Positions 47,544-57,054 of a DNA stretch of 64,000 bases are shown piece after piece. Position 1 is the first letter of the stretch. Each line of letters opens with the position of its first letter. The notes under the pieces were generated by a model, which made no database searches, was not told where the DNA came from, and saw only the letters and a list, made by a program, of their open reading frames with translations. Source of the DNA: Bacteriovoracaceae bacterium (GTDB taxonomy: Bacteria; Bdellovibrionota; Bacteriovoracia; Bacteriovoracales; Bacteriovoracaceae); assembly GCA_965217035.1 (NCBI GenBank), contig OZ244226.1, positions 682,001 to 746,000 of the forward strand, in the 5' to 3' direction. The translations under genes were made by a program, and so were the position numbers.

Positions 47544-48370
47544 AAACTTTAAATGAAGCAAAAGATTTTCTTAATAATAAACTTCAGCAAGCTGGGTATT
47601 CATCTCCTCTTGCTCTTTGTGTTTTAGGCTCTGGACTAGGAGCTTTTGCTGAAAAGTTTGAAAATAAAATCGAAATTCCTTATAACGAAATTCCTGGTTT
47701 TAAACAAACTTCTGTTTCTGGACATGCAGGTCAATTAGTTTTTATTCAAATAAAAGATAAAACGATTTGTTTTCAGCAAGGTCGACTCCATGCTTATGAA
47801 GGTCATAGCTACGATGAAATCAATACTCCCCTTAGAGTTTTGAAACTTCTCAAAGCAAGAACCTTAATCTTAACCAATGCAGCTGGCTCACTTCATGAAA
47901 ACCTTCATCCTGGAGATTTAGTTGCAATAAAAGATCAAATCAACTTCTCAGGAAAGAACCCTCTTGCAGGCCCAAACCTTGAAGACATCGGTCCTCGTTT
48001 TCCTGACATGAGTGAGATCTATTCACATAGTTTAAGATCAAAACTTAAGAGTATTGCGGAAGATCAAGAGATCCCTCTTAAAGAAGGTATTTACTTCCAT
48101 GTTTTAGGTCCAAGTTACGAAAGCCCTGCTGAGATTAAAGCCTTTCATAAACTCGGCGGTGACATGGTTGGAATGAGTACGGCCCCAGAGGCTATCGCTG
48201 CTAAACATTGCGGCTATGAAATTCTAGGCGTCTCTTGTATTACAAATTACGGATCCGGAATAAAAGACGAAAAACTGAGTCATGATGATGTAAAAGTCCA
48301 AGCTACAAAAGTCATTGATAAATTTTCAAGTCTTATTGAGAAGTTTTTATTGGAGTTAATCAAAGAATGA
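47540..48370 (+). CDS. punA: Purine-nucleoside phosphorylase (trimeric type)
   Basis: VLGSGLG, GRLHAYEG, LTNAAG, GPSYE, VGMST. Confidence 0.94.
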   Translation: MKTLNEAKDFLNNKLQQAGYSSPLALCVLGSGLGAFAEKFENKIEIPYNEIPGFKQTSVSGHAGQLVFIQIKDKTICFQQGRLHAYEGHSYDEINTPLRVLKLLKARTLILTNAAGSLHENLHPGDLVAIKDQINFSGKNPLAGPNLEDIGPRFPDMSEIYSHSLRSKLKSIAEDQEIPLKEGIYFHVLGPSYESPAEIKAFHKLGGDMVGMSTAPEAIAAKHCGYEILGVSCITNYGSGIKDEKLSHDDVKVQATKVIDKFSSLIEKFLLELIKE

Positions 48371-49635
48371 GTCAAGAAAGCTTAAAGCTCATGCAAGATC
48401 TTAACTTCTGTGTGATTGACCTTGAGACCACAGGAGGAAATCTTAAATACGATAAGATTATTGAAATCGGTATTGTAAAAGTTAAAAAACTTGAGATTGG
48501 AAAAACGAAAGAAATTCTTATTAACCCTGAAATTCCAATTCCTCAATTTGTTCAGAGACTAACCTCAATCTCAGAAGATGATATTAAGACGGCACCCATC
48601 ATTGAAGATGTCATCGAGGAGATTATAGATTTTATTGGAGATGACATCCTCGTCGCTCACAATACTTCTTTTGATATTCCCTTTCTTAATAGTGTCTTAA
48701 AACGTTTAAAGAAACCCCTTCTCAAAAATAAAGTTCTCTGTACCAATGTCATGACGAAGTATCTCATTCCAGAAATGATGAATTCGAACCTTCCCCATTT
48801 ATGTCGAGTTTTTAATATTTCTCACGAGAGGGCCCATAGAGCACTTTCTGATGCCCGTTCTACCGCTAAACTCTTACTTCACTATATTAGTATCTTCATT
48901 GAAAAAGATATCCGTAAAATTAATCAGCTTTATTACCCAAGAAATAAATTTGAACTTGACCATATCCATCTTAAAAAAGATGAATTGTCCGAAGAAATAC
49001 TAACAAAGGTTTTTGAATCAGGTCATGCCTTTTCTTTTTCATTTAAAGGAAAAGAAGGCGTTCTATTAGACTTTATACCTTTTGATCCCGTTAAAATGAA
49101 ACGTGAAGATCTTGAATCGATTCTCAAATCGGACTGGCAAAGACTTACGATAAAAATCATTGGGCACTTTTTTCAGGGAATGGTGCAATTTAAAGATTAT
49201 TACCTCAATATTCCAAAGGAAAACAGGGAAAGAACCTTAGAGATGCTTCGTGGAAAGTATAGCTATACTAGGCAAGAAAACTTTCAATGGGATTTCGTCA
49301 TAACTCCCCATATTGTCGATGACCAATATATCATTTTTAGCCAAAAGAAACTCACTTATAAAAGTATTCTTATTTTTAAATTCCCCGGCCATGAAAGGAA
49401 ACTCGAACAATACATCAAATCTCAACTAAATAAGACCCCGAAGAAAAAATTCTCTCCTCACGCAGAACATAATGAAGTCATTGCACTTATGAATCATTAT
49501 TTAAATCAAGCAGAAGACTTAAAATGTCTTTCCAAGAAAAATCTTCCTTTAAATAATCCAAAGTATTTCGAAGAGTATATTAGGAGTTGCTTTAAAACAA
49601 AAAGAAAGAAGTACTTCCCTGACTTTCATTTCTAA
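48367..49635 (+). CDS. DEDDh 3'-5' exonuclease (DnaQ/PolC-like) with a long C-terminal region
   Basis: VIDLETTG, VAHNTSFD, HRALSDA. Confidence 0.88.
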   Translation: MSQESLKLMQDLNFCVIDLETTGGNLKYDKIIEIGIVKVKKLEIGKTKEILINPEIPIPQFVQRLTSISEDDIKTAPIIEDVIEEIIDFIGDDILVAHNTSFDIPFLNSVLKRLKKPLLKNKVLCTNVMTKYLIPEMMNSNLPHLCRVFNISHERAHRALSDARSTAKLLLHYISIFIEKDIRKINQLYYPRNKFELDHIHLKKDELSEEILTKVFESGHAFSFSFKGKEGVLLDFIPFDPVKMKREDLESILKSDWQRLTIKIIGHFFQGMVQFKDYYLNIPKENRERTLEMLRGKYSYTRQENFQWDFVITPHIVDDQYIIFSQKKLTYKSILIFKFPGHERKLEQYIKSQLNKTPKKKFSPHAEHNEVIALMNHYLNQAEDLKCLSKKNLPLNNPKYFEEYIRSCFKTKRKKYFPDFHF

Positions 49636-51122
49636 TCAACTCTCTCATAAACGATTTGGTTCGTTTCGTAATGAAGTTTTATTTTATCTGAATTAAGCAA
49701 GTGTTGAAAAAATGAAGACTGTGTCAACTCCGCTCCAACTCGATCGATTTCATAGTTTTCAATCGAAATCAAAATATTTTTTTCATCAAGTGTAATCTCT
49801 AAAGGGATTTCGGAAACATTCATTTCTTGAACTAAACTCTCTCGAGAAATAAAATTCAAGATACTTGTAAAAAAACTATAAAAAATCATTGTCCATAAAG
49901 AAAGATTTGAAATTGGAAATTCTCCATCATCTTTATACTCAATATTCAATTTACAGCCGACTTCCATAAAACGAGTCCTTAGAAAAGATAAAGATTGTTC
50001 AATGGCATCCTCAACTTCTGCAGTTTGGTCATTTCCCATTTCCTGTCTTGCAAATCCCAAAAAAGTTCTAATAAGATTCCTACACCTCAATGAACTTTTA
50101 TGAATTTCTTTAAGAATCTCAACCCCATCCTCAGAAATACCGAAATCAAGACTCGTCAAAACTTCAGTGCCGGTCAAGACTCCTCCTATTGGATTATTCA
50201 ACTCATGAGCAATAGAACTTGTAATCACTCCCATTTCTTCAATTTGAATCAAATTTTGAGCATCTTCCGAACCACGAAGAAACGTAAAAATCTTATATTG
50301 CTTTGATTCCAGAGCAACAGTACGAACTGAAACGGTAAATAGCTCTCCCTTCAAATCAAGAGTTTGATTATCTTTATAACTTAAAATTTCATCAGAAATG
50401 AGTTCCATTTCTCTAAACTTTTTGTTGTGAAGAGCTAAATCATCAAACTCATCAAAAACAGCGATCGGTACTGTCATTTTGTTAAAAAACTCTTCGATTA
50501 ATCGCAAAGAGTCTCTAAGAATTTTTTTTCTCTTCATTGAACCAAGGTCTTTAAGATAGAGAGCATACATCAGAGCAAACTCGGTCAGATTCTTCGAGGA
50601 AAGTTCAATAATTTTAAACTCTGCACTCTGAGTGACATCGGTCAAAACCAAAAGCTCGACCTTACTCTCTTTTGTTTTTTTCCATGGAAGGTAATTAAGA
50701 AAATACTCAAAAGGAGTAACCTCCCCATCATACATGAGAATATGATTATTAAAGTGATAAAGCGTGTTGAGGTTGATCGAACTCTGTTCTTCTGGACTTT
50801 TCTCAAAAAGAGTTAACTTTTCAGACAAGATTTTCAAAGAAGCTTCTACTCTCTCCCAAAGACTTAATTCTAGATCGGAATATTTTTTTTGATATTCACT
50901 TTCAAAGAGAAGAGCCCCTCCAAGAGAATTCCAAAATACAGCATTCGGGACATTTTCACTTTCTCGGTCATCTCCAATAATGACATAAAGTTTATAAGGA
51001 TCGACCTTATTGGAATGAAAAACTTCTTCTTTAATCTCAAAAGGTTTATAGAAGATTTCAGGAATCTGATAGAGCTGAAAATTTTTAGGTAAATAAACTT
51101 CAGTTTTTATTAAGTTGCTCAT
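49632..51122 (-). CDS. Histidine-kinase-like protein (HisKA H-box, degenerate ATPase domain)
   Basis: SSIAHELNNPI; PAS-like segment; no recognisable N or G boxes. Confidence 0.7.
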   Translation of the reverse strand: MSNLIKTEVYLPKNFQLYQIPEIFYKPFEIKEEVFHSNKVDPYKLYVIIGDDRESENVPNAVFWNSLGGALLFESEYQKKYSDLELSLWERVEASLKILSEKLTLFEKSPEEQSSINLNTLYHFNNHILMYDGEVTPFEYFLNYLPWKKTKESKVELLVLTDVTQSAEFKIIELSSKNLTEFALMYALYLKDLGSMKRKKILRDSLRLIEEFFNKMTVPIAVFDEFDDLALHNKKFREMELISDEILSYKDNQTLDLKGELFTVSVRTVALESKQYKIFTFLRGSEDAQNLIQIEEMGVITSSIAHELNNPIGGVLTGTEVLTSLDFGISEDGVEILKEIHKSSLRCRNLIRTFLGFARQEMGNDQTAEVEDAIEQSLSFLRTRFMEVGCKLNIEYKDDGEFPISNLSLWTMIFYSFFTSILNFISRESLVQEMNVSEIPLEITLDEKNILISIENYEIDRVGAELTQSSFFQHLLNSDKIKLHYETNQIVYERVD

Positions 51123-51981
51123 AGATTGCTTTGGTGAGCTTTCGCTCTTCTTTTAGATGTTTTTCACTTTCCTTTACCAAAACTAATCCGTCAACCCAGG
51201 AGCCATGAACTTTAACGCCCCAATGCAAATGAGGACCCGTTACACGACCGGTTGCTCCGGCAAGTCCTATGATTTCTCCTTTTTTCACCATCATACCCAC
51301 CTGAGCATTAATCTTGCTGAGATGCCCGTACATAGTAAAAATTCCAAGACCATGGTCTATGATGACAGTATTTCCAGGAAAAAATAAATCCTGTGCGAGA
51401 ACGACTTTCCCCTTATTGGCACTTGGAATCGGAGTCCCTACCGGAGCTCTAAAGTCATAACCTAAATGTTGAGTCTTTTTATTTTTGTTAAATATCCTAC
51501 GATTTCCATAAATACTCGTAAGCTTACTATTAAGTGGTCTTTTAAAAGCTTCGTCAAACAGAAAAACTCCGGACGATTTAGCATAAATTTTCCTAAGAAG
51601 CTCTTTTTCTTTTAAGGCACGATTCAAGTCTTTTTTATTAAGCTCGACTCTTTTCTTATCTACTTTGAGCTTGTTATAAACTTCTTTGTAAGGGAAGCGC
51701 TTCATTTTAATCTCGAAGTATTGAACTTTTGATCCCTTCCCAATCGTTTTGCATTTAAAGTTTTTAATTTTAGAAAAGTAATTTGCAGAAAGATAAACGA
51801 AGGCTTTTTTCTCCGAAGCGAGAAAAAGAGGAATTTTTTTTCCTTTACACCAAATAGAATTATCAACAGGAAGAAAATCAAGATTTAAAGCGGCAAAAGT
51901 CACATGGCCTTGCTTCAGGATAGGTTTAGATCCTGCAAAAGATTTTGAAAAAATAAGAAAAAAAAGAATTAAATATTTCAT
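51100..51981 (-). CDS. M23 family metallopeptidase
   Basis: HLGYD, YGHLS, TGPHLHW; signal peptide. Confidence 0.93.
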   Translation of the reverse strand: MKYLILFFLIFSKSFAGSKPILKQGHVTFAALNLDFLPVDNSIWCKGKKIPLFLASEKKAFVYLSANYFSKIKNFKCKTIGKGSKVQYFEIKMKRFPYKEVYNKLKVDKKRVELNKKDLNRALKEKELLRKIYAKSSGVFLFDEAFKRPLNSKLTSIYGNRRIFNKNKKTQHLGYDFRAPVGTPIPSANKGKVVLAQDLFFPGNTVIIDHGLGIFTMYGHLSKINAQVGMMVKKGEIIGLAGATGRVTGPHLHWGVKVHGSWVDGLVLVKESEKHLKEERKLTKAIYEQLNKN

Positions 51982-53246
51982 TATTTCTCTGCTTTCGTTA
52001 TTTTAACAGTTCCGTCGAAAAAATGTAAATCAAACTCTCCTGCGGAAATTTTTTTAAAACTTTTAGCACTTGGAATAATATTATTTTCTCTAGAGAGATA
52101 TAAATAGCCACGATTTAATACCTTTTTAGGATTGAGGCTTTCAAGCATTCCTTTTGCAACGGCCATTCGCTTTTGACTATCTTTCATTTTTTCCTGACTA
52201 AATTGAATCACTTTCTGAAATGTCTCATCTAAATAATAAGTTGTTTCATGAACCTGAACTGCAGAAAGTATCCTATTAGCATTTATTTGACTTAGTGTTT
52301 TTCTTCGCTCCTTTAAATCATCCCAAAGTAAACCTAAAACCCTATTAGGATTAAACTGATAGAGCCTCAATCTTATTCCTTTTGAAAGGTTTTCTGATAA
52401 CTGAAGAAATCGATCTCTGATTGTTTTAAACCTTGAGTGAAATTGTAACTGAGGTGCTGAAAGAATTTCAGCAGCAGCAGAAGGAGTTTCACATCGAAGA
52501 TCCGCGACAAAATCAGAAATCGAGAAGTTAACCTCATGCCCTACAGCACTAATTGTTGGAACCGAGCAATTACTAATAGCACGGGCCAATTGTTCTCCAT
52601 TAAAACTCCAAAGATCTTCTAAACTCCCTCCACCTCTCGTTAAGACGATAACATCCATTTCTTCAAGGCTTTGAGCTTTCTCAAGAGCTTCCACTAAAGA
52701 TGACTCCGCATTATCTCCTTGAACAACAGCCGGAACAACAACAATGTGATACTTAAAACTATTTCTCATAATAATTTTAAGAAAATCCTGAACTGCAGCG
52801 CCATGCGGAGAAGTAATCAAAGCTATTTTTTTAGGAAACTGCGGAATAGATCGCTTTCGATCGATATCAAATAGCCCTTCTGTTGCAAGTTTCGTTTTAA
52901 TTTTTTCAAATTGTTCTTTGAGAGAACCTCTTTGATTCTGTAAAAAAATTTTTTTCGCAATAATTTGGACAGAAGAACGTTTGGTATAAACACTGATTTT
53001 ACCTTCTATAAAAATCTTCTCTCCGTCCTTAAGCTTAGCCAAGTTTTTGATCAACCTCGCATCTCCTTTAAAGAGTGCTCCACTAAGACTTCCTTGTTCA
53101 TCATTCAATGAAAAGTAATAATGTCCAGCTGCTGATCGTGTCCAATTTGCCAATTCTCCCTGGACATAAACATAACGAAACTTATTCTCAACATCATACT
53201 TAATATTATTAAGTAGAGTTGAAACAGGTTGATACTTTTCGCTCAT
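51981..53246 (-). CDS. xseA: Exodeoxyribonuclease VII large subunit
   Basis: GHYYFSL, RGGGSLEDLWSFN, SAVGHE, TPSAAAE. Confidence 0.95.
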   Translation of the reverse strand: MSEKYQPVSTLLNNIKYDVENKFRYVYVQGELANWTRSAAGHYYFSLNDEQGSLSGALFKGDARLIKNLAKLKDGEKIFIEGKISVYTKRSSVQIIAKKIFLQNQRGSLKEQFEKIKTKLATEGLFDIDRKRSIPQFPKKIALITSPHGAAVQDFLKIIMRNSFKYHIVVVPAVVQGDNAESSLVEALEKAQSLEEMDVIVLTRGGGSLEDLWSFNGEQLARAISNCSVPTISAVGHEVNFSISDFVADLRCETPSAAAEILSAPQLQFHSRFKTIRDRFLQLSENLSKGIRLRLYQFNPNRVLGLLWDDLKERRKTLSQINANRILSAVQVHETTYYLDETFQKVIQFSQEKMKDSQKRMAVAKGMLESLNPKKVLNRGYLYLSRENNIIPSAKSFKKISAGEFDLHFFDGTVKITKAEK

Positions 53247-53249
53247 AGA

Positions 53250-54413
53250 TTAGAGTTTAGGGCTTTTATCGAGGTAAGTAATTGCCTCAAGCACAGCTTT
53301 ATCCGAAGAAAACTTTCCGCCAGATTCTTTGCTTCTTTTCATCTTTTTAAGTTCATGATCAGGCTTGATTCCAATTTTGTGAATTTTTCTTTTCTTAGGT
53401 GTTAAGTACTGAGAAATGGTTAATTTTAATGCAATCTTTTTATCAATAGGAGTTACACTTTGAACAGTTCCCTTTCCAAAACTATTTTCACCAAGAATAT
53501 AAGCCCTGCCATAATCTTGAAGTGCTCCTGCAACGATTTCAGATGCTGAAGCCGATGCTCCATCTACTAAAACTGCAAGCTTTGAACTTAGATCTTTATA
53601 ACCAGTTTTTCTAACATAACGAATATCTTTCACTTCTGGATCACGTGATTCTGTCGAAACAACGACGCCTTTATCAAGAAAAATAGATGAAACTCCAACG
53701 GCTTCTGATAAAAGTCCCCCTGGATTTGATCTTAGATCAAGAATAAGCCCTTTTATATTCTTATGTTTTGCTTTTAGTTCTTTGATTGCTTTTGCTACAT
53801 GTTCAGTTGATTTATTCTGAAACTGACTAAGTCGAAGAAAACCATAACCTTTAATAAAATCACTTTTAACTGGTTTAATTTTTATAAGTTCTCTCTTTAA
53901 AGAAAAATGAATAATTTTATTACTCCCTTCTCTTCTCACACCAAGGTGAAGAACTTCGCCAACTTTTCCTTTCATCTTTTCTATAGCTTCAGAAAGAGCA
54001 AGTCCTACAGCATTTTCTTTATTAATTTCAACAATTTTATCTCCAGATTTCACTCCTTTTTTATAAGCAGGAGTGTCATCAATGGCCGTAATGATAACAA
54101 GAAGACCGTCTTTGAAGGAAACCTCAATTCCTACACCTCCAAACTCACCTTCTGTATCATTTTTCATTCTTTCAAAAAGGTCTTCATCTAAAAAATTAGA
54201 ATGAGGATCAAGAGTTGAAAGCATTCCCTTGATTGCCCCCTTAATTAACTTTGTTGTATCGACCTCTTTGAAGTAATTCTTTTGAACAAGATAAAGGGCC
54301 TTGTTAAAAAGTTCTAAATCTTTAAAAGTTGTATTTTCTTTTTTAGCAAGGACTTGAAATCCACCAAGTGAAAGAACGGTGATAGATAAAACGAGGAGAA
54401 CTTTCTTGAGCAT
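53250..54413 (-). CDS. S41 carboxyl-terminal processing protease (CtpA-like)
   Basis: LDPHS, PDZ domain, LDLRSNPGG, SASASE, FGKG. Confidence 0.94.
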   Translation of the reverse strand: MLKKVLLVLSITVLSLGGFQVLAKKENTTFKDLELFNKALYLVQKNYFKEVDTTKLIKGAIKGMLSTLDPHSNFLDEDLFERMKNDTEGEFGGVGIEVSFKDGLLVIITAIDDTPAYKKGVKSGDKIVEINKENAVGLALSEAIEKMKGKVGEVLHLGVRREGSNKIIHFSLKRELIKIKPVKSDFIKGYGFLRLSQFQNKSTEHVAKAIKELKAKHKNIKGLILDLRSNPGGLLSEAVGVSSIFLDKGVVVSTESRDPEVKDIRYVRKTGYKDLSSKLAVLVDGASASASEIVAGALQDYGRAYILGENSFGKGTVQSVTPIDKKIALKLTISQYLTPKKRKIHKIGIKPDHELKKMKRSKESGGKFSSDKAVLEAITYLDKSPKL

Positions 54414-54422
54414 AAAACTACC

Positions 54423-55421
54423 TTAGATTCGATAAGAAGGATTCAGGTATTGAGCGGTCATAAGAGGTGTTTCTTTTTCTCTTAACTCTATATAAATTTT
54501 CTTTTCCTGATCCTCTAAACCTTTAGAAGAAGCATATCCTATTAACTGGCCTTTTTGAAGGACATCGCCTCGTGAAACTTTAGACTTAAACGGTCCAAGT
54601 ATGACACTTCGAAGATCCCCTTGATGCTTAATCATAATAACTGTTCCATAGTTTGCAAGCTGTCCAGTATAAACAACTTTCCCTGATGAAACACTATGAA
54701 GAGGTTGATCTGAATCAAAAAAGAAGTTTACTCCTTGAGAAGTCTCCTCAACTCGACCAAGTTTTTTAAAAGGTGGAATTAACTCAAAAATATTTACTTT
54801 ACTGTCTTTAGCAATTATTTCTAATTTTTGTCTCGTGAGTTCTTTTTCCAATTGCTTTTTAGATTCTAAACTCGCAAAGTAACTATCTTTAAGTCCACCT
54901 TTCCTTTTCTCAAGATCATTAAGAATTGAATAAAGTTGATTTTTTTCTTCTCGAAGTTCATTCAACTTAAGGTTCATTTTATCAAGCAGGTTAACCAAAG
55001 CTTTGTTTTCGGTTAAAAGCTCCTCAAGAATTTCACTTTCCGCTGCTAAATCTTGAAGAATCAATTTCTCTTTCATATTCTCTTCAAGAGTTTTTTCAGT
55101 ATTATTTAAAAGAACGACTGAATAATACTTCTTTTTTATTTGTTCTAAGTTAAGAATAATTTTCTCTTTATTCTTTCCTGCCCCAACTTTCATCTTAGAA
55201 ATCTGGTCCTCAAGCTTTTGTTCTTTTTGAACTTGCGAAAGATAGGTTTGATTCTGATTATCGAGCTCTTTATCCAGGCTTTGTAATGACGCTTTTATTT
55301 TCATTACATCAGAACCGAACTGAGAAATCTTGTCTTTTAACTCGCGAGGTTTTAAAACCTTTGGCTTAGAAAGACTAATAAATGGAATACTAAATAAAAG
55401 AATAAAAAATAATGCTTTCAC
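54423..55421 (-). CDS. EnvC-like murein hydrolase activator (coiled coil plus degenerate M23)
   Basis: Long coiled coil; G.VVY.G...YG.VIMIKH; no HxxxD/HxH metal ligands; follows ftsEX-like genes. Confidence 0.8.
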   Translation of the reverse strand: MKALFFILLFSIPFISLSKPKVLKPRELKDKISQFGSDVMKIKASLQSLDKELDNQNQTYLSQVQKEQKLEDQISKMKVGAGKNKEKIILNLEQIKKKYYSVVLLNNTEKTLEENMKEKLILQDLAAESEILEELLTENKALVNLLDKMNLKLNELREEKNQLYSILNDLEKRKGGLKDSYFASLESKKQLEKELTRQKLEIIAKDSKVNIFELIPPFKKLGRVEETSQGVNFFFDSDQPLHSVSSGKVVYTGQLANYGTVIMIKHQGDLRSVILGPFKSKVSRGDVLQKGQLIGYASSKGLEDQEKKIYIELREKETPLMTAQYLNPSYRI

Positions 55422-55424
55422 TTA

Positions 55425-56228
55425 TCAATTGATCTCGTAACGAACTTCTCTTAGTAAAATTTTTGAAAAAATAAAATAAAATAATCCTATAAATGCAAGA
55501 ACAGCTGGTATTGTCAGCAATGAGATATCTGAAATAATTGCAATCATCATATAAGAAAGACCCAGAGTTATTGCAAGACCACTAAAGAGTGACTTTGGTG
55601 CAATATTTACCTTTCTTTGATAGTTTTGATAAATATAGGACTGTTGAAAGATTGTTTTGATAAATGAGAAATAACTAAAACAAAAAAAGATTGTTAAGAG
55701 ACCTACAAAAATTTTAATTGTCCACTTTAAAAAGAATGAAACCAGAAAAGTTCTTAAAGAATCTTCTGGAGGATAATGAATGGAAGAAACCACCGTTTCA
55801 CCACTATCGATATACTTCAAAAGATAGCTCTTAATCATTTCATGATTTTTTTTACTAATCTCATTATTAAGAACAACTTCTATCACGCGAATATCTTGCT
55901 CAAGAAGATATCTCGGAATATAAATTCCATTTTCATCTAGATTTTTTTGAATATTGTTTTTCAGTTTATTTCCTCGTTCTTGATAAACACCAAGAACTCC
56001 GGGCATTTTCCTCATCCTAATAACAACCTCTGTCGCATTTACAGACTCTGGAACAGTTGCTCGAAAAAATATTTTTTGATCATCTTTAATATATTTTTGA
56101 GCAAGATTCGATCGAATAGCAGCTTCGTTATTAATTAAATAGACGATACTGAATGTCAGTAAAGAAAAAATAATTCCGTTAACTTTATTGTTACAGATAC
56201 TTTCCCAAAAAACTTTTAAATAAAACAT
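55425..56228 (-). CDS. Divergent FtsX-like permease
   Basis: 1+3 TM topology with a periplasmic loop; between ftsE-like and envC-like genes. Confidence 0.6.
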   Translation of the reverse strand: MFYLKVFWESICNNKVNGIIFSLLTFSIVYLINNEAAIRSNLAQKYIKDDQKIFFRATVPESVNATEVVIRMRKMPGVLGVYQERGNKLKNNIQKNLDENGIYIPRYLLEQDIRVIEVVLNNEISKKNHEMIKSYLLKYIDSGETVVSSIHYPPEDSLRTFLVSFFLKWTIKIFVGLLTIFFCFSYFSFIKTIFQQSYIYQNYQRKVNIAPKSLFSGLAITLGLSYMMIAIISDISLLTIPAVLAFIGLFYFIFSKILLREVRYEIN

Positions 56229-56959
56229 GTCTTCCCCGAATATAGAATCTTTCCATTTTCAAGATGCACAACTCTTCCATGAAAGTTCTTTACCAGCTCT
56301 CTATTATGAGTGGCCCAAATGATGGTCGTATTCTGTCTTCCATTTAGATGGCTCAAGACATCAAAGACTTGAAAAGAACTCTTTTTATCGAGTGCACTTG
56401 TCGGCTCGTCAGCAACGATAACATCAGGCTTGCTTAAAAGCGCACGGATGATTGCGATTTTCTGATGAACGCCACCGTTGGTATTTTTTACTTTATTATT
56501 TTTTAAATCAAAAACTCCAAATACTCTTAAATAATCATTTCTTTCTTGCTCAAATATTTTCTTATCTGAATAGATTGATTCATCGTAAGAGAAGTTTAAA
56601 TTCTCAAGAAGAGTTTTGTTTTTAAATACTTTTAGATCTTGAAAAATTCGAGAAATAAAAATTTTCTTACTCGAATTCTTTTCTTTCTTCCTAACAATTT
56701 CACCAGTAATATCGTAACCCCAATAATCTCCTGATAAAATATTAAGTAAAGTTGTTTTACCTGCACCTGTCGCACCTGTAATAAAAACGAGTTCTCCTTC
56801 ATGAACCATGAAATCAATATTTGAAAGAATATTTTTATTTTTAATTTTTACTGCTAAATCATTCAATCGAATCAAATTCGTTTTATCATCTGTAAAATTT
56901 GATGTTTGTTTTCTCTGAAAATGATTTCTGATTGCTTGTTGACTTACCTGACTATCCAT
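56216..56959 (-). CDS. ftsE: FtsE-like ABC ATPase
   Basis: GATGAGKT, IFQD.K, VADEPT, ATHN; context ftsX-envC-ctpA. Confidence 0.7.
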   Translation of the reverse strand: MDSQVSQQAIRNHFQRKQTSNFTDDKTNLIRLNDLAVKIKNKNILSNIDFMVHEGELVFITGATGAGKTTLLNILSGDYWGYDITGEIVRKKEKNSSKKIFISRIFQDLKVFKNKTLLENLNFSYDESIYSDKKIFEQERNDYLRVFGVFDLKNNKVKNTNGGVHQKIAIIRALLSKPDVIVADEPTSALDKKSSFQVFDVLSHLNGRQNTTIIWATHNRELVKNFHGRVVHLENGKILYSGKTCFI

Positions 56960-57054
56960 GTCTGTTACCACCTTCTTGGTCCCTTATATTCTAACGAAAG
57001 TAATAGAGTAAAGTAAAGCTGTTGCGGCCTTACTCTTTAGAGGGAAAAACTCAA

